IMG/VR virus record: IMGVR_UViG_3300027798_000043
DNA: 20,000 nt
Strand: one strand, 5' to 3'
DNA from: an uncultured virus (IMG/VR IMGVR_UViG_3300027798_000043)
Taxonomy: Duplodnaviria > Heunggongvirae > Uroviricota > Caudoviricetes > Crassvirales
Under the pieces are notes generated by a model, which did no database searches, had not been told where the DNA came from, and saw nothing but the letters and a program-made list of their open reading frames with translations. A program made the translations under genes and the position numbers. Shown here piece after piece: positions 13,261 to 20,000 of this stretch (position 1 is the first letter of the stretch; each line of letters starts with the position of its first letter).

Positions 13261-16200
13261 ATGGCTATAATATATTCATACCCAATAAACGATGACATAC
13301 AGCCATCTGACGAGCTAGTAGGTACTACGAAGATAATCTCTAATGGTAAACTAAAAACTGTTACTAGAAATTTTCTATTACAAGATTTGGCGGAATTTTT
13401 TACACTTAATGGTGACTTTCAGAAAAAAATAACATTAACTACACTCGAGACAAGCGGCCCTGCTACACTAGATGAGGAAAATGGTGTACTTAATATACCC
13501 CAATATTCAGGAGGTGGTGCTACTAATTTAGGGTATACACCAAGTCCAACAAATGGAATAGTAACAAGTGACACAGGTGAAGATGCAACTTTACCTTTAG
13601 CTGATGGCACAAACGCAGGTTTATTAACTCCTGCTGAAAAGACTAAAATATCAAATTCAGTCCCATATACAGGAGCAGTATCTGATGTAAATTTAGGAGA
13701 GTTTGGTATTCAATTAGGGAATTTAGAATTCGATAATTCACCTACTAGTGTACCAACTACTGCTGGTTCTATGTGTTACAATGATACAGATGGAACATTA
13801 GATTTAAAATTAAAAGGCGGTAATGTTACTTTACAAATAGGGCAAGAACAAGTTATAAGGGTTGTTAATAAAACGGCTACAAATATAGACTTACTAGAAT
13901 CTAATTACCAAGCAGTAAGAGTGACAGGTGCTCAAGGTCAAAGAATGAAAGTTGATCTAGCACAAGCTACTAGTGATGTTTTAAGTGCCGAAACAATAGG
14001 ATTAGTTACTGAAACAATAGTTAATAATCAAGAAGGATTTATAACTACAAGTGGATTAGTTAGAAATATTAATACAACAGGTTCTTTGCAGTCAGAAATG
14101 TGGTTAGATGGGGACATTTTATATTTATCTCCAACAGTTGCAGGTCAAATTACAAAAGTAAAACCAACTGCTCCAAATCATTTAATCATAATTGGTTATG
14201 TAGTTCACGCTCATATAACACAAGGAACTATATTTGTCAAAGTAGATAATGGTTATGAGTTAGATGAATTACACAATGTAAAGATAACAACTGCTGCAAA
14301 TAATAATGTTCTAGCTTATACTTCTGCAACTGATATTTGGGAGAACAAAACAGTTGCAACTGTATTAGGATTTACTCCAGCAAATGATTCAAATAAACAA
14401 AACTCACTAACAATAGACGGCACAGGAACTAAGTTTCCTACAGTCGATGCTGTTAATGCAGGACTAATTAGTTCTCAATACTGGACAAAAACAGGAGACG
14501 ATATAAGGAATAATAACATAGGTCATACTCAAGTAAAAATGGTGTCTGGCAAGCAATTACAATTTCTTAACTCAGCAAATACATTAGTTGGCTTTATAAA
14601 TGAATTTGGCGTAGCTAATTTTGGAAGTATTGCAGCAGTAAACAGTTTAGTTACTATAGGGCCTATTGGCTCTAATATTCAGCTGAAACTAGAAAGGTCA
14701 CAAGCGAGCTTTACCATGATTATAGGCAACCCAAATGTTGGTGTTGTACAACCATTTACACAGACATCCACTAATTTCTTTGGTACTTCTTACGTGGCTG
14801 GTAGTGCTGAAGCTTCAGCAACAGCAGCTGCAGAACACTCATTTAATATTGGAAATTCTATTGGAAATGGAATTACTTCAGGTATATTTAGAATAGGTAG
14901 GACTAGACTGCAATCAACCGTACCAATTAAATATGCTTCTGATTTATCTTTAAGCTATGACGATAGAACATTAATAGACAAAGGTTATTTAACCACTAGT
15001 TTAAGTACAAAAGAAAATTCATTAGGTAACCCGCTAGTTGATGGCTATGTATTGTCTTCAACAACTTTAGGCGTTAGAAGTTGGATAGCGATGACAGGAG
15101 GTGGTGTAACTCCTACTTTACAACAAGTTACAACGGCAGGTAGGACTACTAGTATCCCGGTGATTATAAGCGTAGCTTCTACAAATATTGGATTAGATGT
15201 AACATCAGTAAGCAATTCAGCTATTTATGCAAGTTCTTCTTCAGCTCAAGGAATAATTGGGTACTCTAATACCGGCATTGGGATAGTAGCTGAAACAGGA
15301 ACAGGCATAGGATTGCAAGTAAACGGCGATGGTTCAATTGCAATAGAAACCAATTTACAAAATTCTAATAAAGGATTAGTTATAAATAGTTTAACAGCAT
15401 CAACAGGTAACTTTATAGATTTAAACAAGAACGGGGTCAATAAACTAACAGTAAACCAAGCAGGGGAACTAACTGCTACTAAATTAATTAAATCAGGAGG
15501 ATTGGCAACACAATACCTTATGGCTGACGGCTCAACCTCAACAGGGAGTGGAGGTTCTGTATCACTATCAGCGATAGGAACAACACCTAATGCAAATGCA
15601 GCAACGTTAACTGGAAGTGTTTTAAACTTAGAACCAGCATCAGCTTCTTTTGGTGGTGTTGTTACAACTGGAGTACAGACATTCGCAGGAGCAAAAACAT
15701 TTACCACCTCAATGAATGCTACAGTTTCAACTGGCGATGCTATAACAGGAACTAATACAACTACAGGAACTGGTGTAACTGGAAATTCAGAAGATGGAGC
15801 TGGTGTTTATGCGACATCTGTAGGAGGCGATGGTATTCAAACGTTTTCAGAAGACAGTGCAGGTATTTATTCTTCTTCGGTAAACAGTGTTTCCGCTATA
15901 TTTAATACCAATAGCGCGGCAAGTAATATAGTTGAATTTAAAAAGAATAGTGTTAATCAAGCGTTTGTAGCTAATGATGGTAAGATAACTGCAAATTCAT
16001 TTATAAAATCAGGTGGATCTCCCTCTCAGTATTTAATGGCTGATGGTTCTACTACTACAGGGAGTGGAGGTTCTGTCTCACTCTCAGCGATAGGAACAAC
16101 ACCTAACGCTAACGCCGCTACAATAACCGGCTCTGTTTTAAATCTACAACCAGCGTCAGCTTCTTTTGGTGGAGTTGTCACAACGGGTACACAGACATTT

Positions 16201-17229
16201 GCTGGAAACAAAAATTTTATAGGAACAGTAGATATTAACTTGTCGGCAAACGCTTTAAAAATTACCTCTGACCAAGGTATTGCGCTAGATGTTGTAGGAG
16301 GTAATAACACTGCTTCAATAGCTAAATTTACAAGAGTAATAGGAAGTGTAGAAGTAGCTAGGATTGACAATAATGGTTTAAAATTGCAATTAGAAACAGC
16401 ATCTACAATAGCTTCATTTGATGCTAATAAAAATGTAGTTAGCTTACCACTTGCAACATATCCAAGTTTGTCAGAACTAATTAATGTAAAAAACGTTACA
16501 AGCCCGATTCAAGATCAATTTAGTGGAAAACAAAACACATTAGTTTCAGCTACAAATATTAAAACAATAAATGGAAATAGTTTATTAGGTAGCGGTGATT
16601 TAGTTGTGTCGGGTGGTGGAGTTGCACCACAAACAGGAACAATAATTGTAACAAGCGGGACAACATTTACTGTACCGACAGGTGTCGGAATAACTACATC
16701 TACCATATTTAATATTGAACTTGTTGGTGGTGGTGGTGGAGCTGGTTCAGTGTTAGCAACTGCTGGAGCATCAGGTTCAGGTGGAGGAGGAGGTGGATAT
16801 TGTTTTAAAACAGTCACAGGGCTTTCACCTGGTAACTATACTTGTGCTATTGGAGTAGGAGGGGCGCAAATTACGGCTGGTACAGATACAACATTTACTA
16901 TATTGGGGTTTGATTTGTTAGCAAATGGTGGTGGTGGTGGTGTTAATGCTATAAGTAGCAATGGTGGAGCGGGTGGTGGCGCTTCAGATGGAGATATAAA
17001 TATTGCAGGTCAATCAGGGGATGATAGCACAACAGCATCCGCAGCAGTTCCATCTGCAAGAGGTGGTTCAAGTCCTAAAGGTTGGGGTGTTGGTGGTGCT
17101 GGAGTTAGAAACACACTTGCAGGAAAGCCTGGGAATGGTTATGGCGCAGGTGGCGGCGCGGGTAAACAAAATGCCACCGCTGGTACTGGAAGTAACGGAA
17201 TTATATTTGCTCAATGGTTTAATCAATAA
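13261..17229 (+). CDS. Large mosaic tail fibre / virion structural protein, 1322 aa, with a Gly-rich C-terminal domain
   Basis: G/S/T-rich. Shares its N-terminus with the preceding gene; has an internal ~60-70-aa duplication, a NIKTINGNSLLGSGD motif and a GGGGG-rich C-terminal domain. Confidence 0.82.
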   Translation: MAIIYSYPINDDIQPSDELVGTTKIISNGKLKTVTRNFLLQDLAEFFTLNGDFQKKITLTTLETSGPATLDEENGVLNIPQYSGGGATNLGYTPSPTNGIVTSDTGEDATLPLADGTNAGLLTPAEKTKISNSVPYTGAVSDVNLGEFGIQLGNLEFDNSPTSVPTTAGSMCYNDTDGTLDLKLKGGNVTLQIGQEQVIRVVNKTATNIDLLESNYQAVRVTGAQGQRMKVDLAQATSDVLSAETIGLVTETIVNNQEGFITTSGLVRNINTTGSLQSEMWLDGDILYLSPTVAGQITKVKPTAPNHLIIIGYVVHAHITQGTIFVKVDNGYELDELHNVKITTAANNNVLAYTSATDIWENKTVATVLGFTPANDSNKQNSLTIDGTGTKFPTVDAVNAGLISSQYWTKTGDDIRNNNIGHTQVKMVSGKQLQFLNSANTLVGFINEFGVANFGSIAAVNSLVTIGPIGSNIQLKLERSQASFTMIIGNPNVGVVQPFTQTSTNFFGTSYVAGSAEASATAAAEHSFNIGNSIGNGITSGIFRIGRTRLQSTVPIKYASDLSLSYDDRTLIDKGYLTTSLSTKENSLGNPLVDGYVLSSTTLGVRSWIAMTGGGVTPTLQQVTTAGRTTSIPVIISVASTNIGLDVTSVSNSAIYASSSSAQGIIGYSNTGIGIVAETGTGIGLQVNGDGSIAIETNLQNSNKGLVINSLTASTGNFIDLNKNGVNKLTVNQAGELTATKLIKSGGLATQYLMADGSTSTGSGGSVSLSAIGTTPNANAATLTGSVLNLEPASASFGGVVTTGVQTFAGAKTFTTSMNATVSTGDAITGTNTTTGTGVTGNSEDGAGVYATSVGGDGIQTFSEDSAGIYSSSVNSVSAIFNTNSAASNIVEFKKNSVNQAFVANDGKITANSFIKSGGSPSQYLMADGSTTTGSGGSVSLSAIGTTPNANAATITGSVLNLQPASASFGGVVTTGTQTFAGNKNFIGTVDINLSANALKITSDQGIALDVVGGNNTASIAKFTRVIGSVEVARIDNNGLKLQLETASTIASFDANKNVVSLPLATYPSLSELINVKNVTSPIQDQFSGKQNTLVSATNIKTINGNSLLGSGDLVVSGGGVAPQTGTIIVTSGTTFTVPTGVGITTSTIFNIELVGGGGGAGSVLATAGASGSGGGGGGYCFKTVTGLSPGNYTCAIGVGGAQITAGTDTTFTILGFDLLANGGGGGVNAISSNGGAGGGASDGDINIAGQSGDDSTTASAAVPSARGGSSPKGWGVGGAGVRNTLAGKPGNGYGAGGGAGKQNATAGTGSNGIIFAQWFNQ

Positions 17230-17241
17230 ATAAAAATAAAA

Positions 17242-17673
17242 ATGGTACAAACAAAACAACCAATATTTTACGAAAAAAGGGGCGACAGACAGTCGATAGT
17301 TATATTAGAAATAGATTCTTACGTAGTTGACAAAAAAGGGTATTTATTAACGGTCAAAGACTATGTTTTTATTGACGGATTTAAAGTATGCCACGACACT
17401 AAAATAGTAAGATATTTAAACAGTCAAATAGACCAATTGTCTGATTATATTGACGTTAATTTTGATTTATCGGGATTATCAAAAACGGTTAAAGATTTAA
17501 AGAAAATTCAAATTGGGTTGCTAATAGATACAACAACAAATCTACTGCCAACAGGGAAAACTATTTACAGATTAGAGCCGATTGATTGGGAGATAACTCC
17601 TGACCCTATTGTAGAAGAACCTGTAGTTGAAGAACCCGTTATTGAAGAACCCGTTATTGAAGAACCAATATAA
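17242..17673 (+). CDS. Hypothetical protein (possible tail-fibre accessory) with an acidic (V/I)EEPV repeat tail
   Basis: ORF track; position directly after the fibre genes. Confidence 0.75.
   Translation: MVQTKQPIFYEKRGDRQSIVILEIDSYVVDKKGYLLTVKDYVFIDGFKVCHDTKIVRYLNSQIDQLSDYIDVNFDLSGLSKTVKDLKKIQIGLLIDTTTNLLPTGKTIYRLEPIDWEITPDPIVEEPVVEEPVIEEPVIEEPI
17611..17670 (+). repeat. 4 x 15-bp coding tandem repeat
   Basis: gtagaagaacctgta / gttgaagaacccgtt / attgaagaacccgtt / attgaagaaccaata. Confidence 0.9.
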
Positions 17674-17675
17674 TA

Positions 17676-18002
17676 ATGATAAACTTTCTATTATTCATAA
17701 CGGCTTATGTTTTATACCTGCCATTATCTTTTATTAATTGGTTTGTTGTAGATAATAAATGTGGGTATTTTTTAAGCAGTGCAATCAACTTAGATAAATT
17801 TGCAAATAGGGAGTTTAGGACATTATGGAATAAAACGCTAAGAACCGACAAAGGATATAAGTTTGGAAACATTGAAGAGACTATTTCAAGTGCTTTAGGT
17901 AAAAATGAAAGAGATGGAACGCTCACAAAAGCAGGTAAAACATTAGTTTGGATTTTGGATAAATTTGATAATAACCACGTAAAAAAATCAATAAATGAGT
18001 AG
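17676..18002 (+). CDS. Conserved phage membrane protein (ETISSALGKN family), 108 aa
   Basis: N-terminal hydrophobic helix; GYKFG...ETISSALGKN...ILD...NH pattern. Confidence 0.78.
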   Translation: MINFLLFITAYVLYLPLSFINWFVVDNKCGYFLSSAINLDKFANREFRTLWNKTLRTDKGYKFGNIEETISSALGKNERDGTLTKAGKTLVWILDKFDNNHVKKSINE

Positions 18003-18177
18003 ACAAGAATTAGATATAATATTAAATAAATTCATATCAAGAAAATTAATGGTTTTTGTAGTGGCGTGTACTGGTTTGTTTACTGGTAATATAACGTCAA
18101 CTGACTGGGTTATAATAGCGACAGCTTATATTAGTATTCAAGGATTCACAGATACAATATTAAAGATTAAAAACTAA
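17995..18177 (+). CDS. Small two-TM membrane protein, holin-like
   Basis: SRKL followed by two hydrophobic segments; located in the lysis cluster. Confidence 0.62.
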   Translation: MSRQELDIILNKFISRKLMVFVVACTGLFTGNITSTDWVIIATAYISIQGFTDTILKIKN

Positions 18178-18368
18178 TGGATCAATGTTCTATTCGCTTA
18201 TATGCATTAAATGCACTAACCTTGATAATAAGTTTCACAAACTTGGAAATAGTATTGAAAATTATATTATTGATTATGTCAATAACATATACATGTATGA
18301 AAATATATGACTGGATAAATATTAAATTAAAAAATAAACATGAAAATAACAATAAAGAGACTTTATAA
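18177..18368 (+). CDS. Small membrane protein, putative holin
   Basis: Hydrophobic helices with a basic C-terminal tail; overlaps the next gene. Confidence 0.6.
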   Translation: MDQCSIRLYALNALTLIISFTNLEIVLKIILLIMSITYTCMKIYDWINIKLKNKHENNNKETL

Positions 18369-18723
18369 AACAGAAAAGTCCACCATAGGCGAAATGACTA
18401 TAGATGGTAAATGGGAATGTTATACACTAGAAGATATAGAAAGAGATGTTAAGATCAAATCTGAAACAGCTATTCCTAAAGGAACATATAAAGTCATAAT
18501 AAATCAATCTAATAGATTTAAAAAGTTGTTACCTTTGTTATTAAATGTACCTAATTTCGAAGGAATACGGATACATCCAGGTAACACAAATCACGATACT
18601 GAAGGTTGTATATTGGTAGGTAAAACAATGTCAAAGGATTTCATAGGTCAATCAAGAAAAGCTTTTGAATCTTTATTCGCGAAAATGAAGCCAGCTAAAG
18701 AGATAACTCTAACTATAACATAA
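18340..18723 (+). CDS. DUF5675-family protein, candidate endolysin
   Basis: STIG...CYTLE...TAIPKGTY...VPNFEGIRIHPGN...TEGCILVG pattern; sits between holin-like and spanin-like genes. Confidence 0.8.
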   Translation: MKITIKRLYKTEKSTIGEMTIDGKWECYTLEDIERDVKIKSETAIPKGTYKVIINQSNRFKKLLPLLLNVPNFEGIRIHPGNTNHDTEGCILVGKTMSKDFIGQSRKAFESLFAKMKPAKEITLTIT

Positions 18724-18724
18724 A

Positions 18725-19219
18725 ATGAAGAAAATCTTATTAATTACATTATTACTCACGTTGTTATCTTGCGCTTCAAGAAAAGTTGTTGTAGATAAAA
18801 CTGATATTAAAAAAGACAGTATAGTTGAAACAAAAGTTAAAGTTATAACTATAGAAACAGAAAAAAAAATAGATTCTACAAATATAGTTATAATTAATGA
18901 AAATAGTGAATTAAAAATAACCCCAATAGACACTACAAAAGAAATAATAGTTAATGGTGTAAGTTATAAAAATGTAATTCTAAGCATTAAAAAAAATAAA
19001 AACAATGTTTCATATTCTAACAAAAATAAAACGTCTTATACGAAGTCTAAAGACTCGACGGGTACTAATAAGGTAGTTAAGACAGAAGTAATAAAAACAA
19101 AAGAAAAGAAAATAGATAAAAAACAAAATTATTGGGTATTATTAATACCTATATTAATATTAATAATGTTATATTTACTATGGCAAAACAGACAGCGGTT
19201 GCTAAAAAAAATACTATAA
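18725..19219 (+). CDS. Lipoprotein with a C-terminal TM helix, putative unimolecular spanin
   Basis: MKK + hydrophobic core + LLSC lipobox; C-terminal YWVLLIPILILIMLYLLW followed by basic residues. Confidence 0.75.
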   Translation: MKKILLITLLLTLLSCASRKVVVDKTDIKKDSIVETKVKVITIETEKKIDSTNIVIINENSELKITPIDTTKEIIVNGVSYKNVILSIKKNKNNVSYSNKNKTSYTKSKDSTGTNKVVKTEVIKTKEKKIDKKQNYWVLLIPILILIMLYLLWQNRQRLLKKIL

Positions 19220-19311
19220 AAGTATCTAGACCAGGAATACATTCTAAAACAAAGACTTCTAAGATAAAAACTTCTAAGCTATATAGCAAGAAGTATAGAG
19301 GGCAAGGTTAG
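19180..19311 (+). CDS. 43-aa very basic micro-protein ending KKYRGQG
   Basis: Hand-translated MAKQTAVAKKNTIKVSRPGIHSKTKTSKIKTSKLYSKKYRGQG; overlaps the spanin-like gene end in another frame. Confidence 0.7.
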   Translation: MAKQTAVAKKNTIKVSRPGIHSKTKTSKIKTSKLYSKKYRGQG

Positions 19312-19347
19312 TAAAAATACATATAAACAAGTGATAATAAACTATAT
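19311..19347 (+). promoter_or_regulatory. Putative second-class (late) promoter
   Basis: GTAA-N16-GTGATAATA-AACTATAT upstream of the GroEL-like gene. Confidence 0.45.
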
Positions 19348-19370
19348 CAATCTAATTAAATAAAATAAAT

Positions 19371-20000
19371 ATGTCAGATGCAATTGTCAAAAACCTTAGT
19401 TTTGGTGATGATGCCAAGAACAAGGTATTTGAGGGTATTACAAAATTAACACTAGCAGTTAGCTCAACTCTTGGGGCGAGCGGTAAATGTGTGATGTTAG
19501 AAGACGGAACAGGCAACCCTGTCATTACAAAAGACGGCGTAACAGTTGCTGATTCTATTATACTGTTAGACCCTATTGAAAATATGGGGGCAACGCTTTT
19601 AAAAGAAGCAGCCAGGAAAACAGTTAAAGAAGCGGGAGACGGAACAACCACGGCAACGGTATTAGCTCACGCTATTTTATCTGAGGCTTATAGAGTTAAA
19701 GACACTATTAGCCAGAGAGAACTTAAAAACGGCATTGAAGCTACTGTTGAAAAAGTAATTGAATATTTAGATTCTATTGCTGTACCGGTAACAGGAACAA
19801 TGATTGACCAGATTGCAACTATATCAACAAACAACGACCCTGTCTTAGGTAAAATTATTGGGGACGCTTTTAGGGCGGTTAAGGAAACGGGGATTGTTAT
19901 GATGGAGACATCGGCATTAGCGGAAACTGAAATTGAAATATTAGACGGCGTACAATATGATAAAGGATTAGTTAATTCGCACTTTATTACAAATCATACA
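19371..20000 (+). CDS. groEL: Phage-encoded GroEL-like chaperonin, 3'-truncated by the window edge
   Basis: Hand-translated MSDAIVKNLSFGDDAK...TLGASG...ITKDGVTVA...ENMGA...AGDGTTTATVLA...IATISTNND; hallmark Cpn60 motifs. Confidence 0.95.
   Translation, partial: MSDAIVKNLSFGDDAKNKVFEGITKLTLAVSSTLGASGKCVMLEDGTGNPVITKDGVTVADSIILLDPIENMGATLLKEAARKTVKEAGDGTTTATVLAHAILSEAYRVKDTISQRELKNGIEATVEKVIEYLDSIAVPVTGTMIDQIATISTNNDPVLGKIIGDAFRAVKETGIVMMETSALAETEIEILDGVQYDKGLVNSHFITNHT

Noticed and set aside
10956..19651. Minus-strand track ORFs in the right arm, plus 17003..17233 (+)
   Set aside because: They are antisense or alternate-frame shadows of well-supported genes; for example 19352..19651 is antisense to groEL.

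Overview
This window is part of an AT-rich dsDNA tailed-phage genome. The host is probably a Bacteroidota/Flavobacteriia species, inferred from A-rich leaders without Shine-Dalgarno motifs (e.g. AACAACTATG) and from gene content. There are two divergent arms meeting at a ~530-bp non-coding region (~9970-10499). The left arm (1-9908, minus strand) is a dense early-type array of ~30 small genes. It includes a metallophosphoesterase, a T4 endonuclease V-like glycosylase, a Gp88-like protein, a DpnD/PcfM-like protein and many micro-ORFs missing from the ORF track. The right arm (10500-20000, plus strand) has small basic proteins, two tail-fibre-like proteins (one with a Peptidase_S74 chaperone domain), a lysis cassette (holin-like genes, DUF5675 protein, u-spanin-like lipoprotein) and the 5' part of a GroEL-like chaperonin. 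The most striking content is non-coding DNA grammar largely confined to the left arm. (i) Twelve co-oriented copies of a 34-44 bp promoter-like element head the gene cassettes. (ii) Thirteen exact copies of the 10-mer TGCTATACAC occur, seven of them inside genes, spaced ~1 kb apart over much of the arm. (iii) A 46-bp inverted-repeat element with a fixed 22-bp spacer occurs twice. (iv) A ~310-nt putative structured RNA has a tRNA-like 3' end. Family assignments are from motif recognition by eye, not from database searches.
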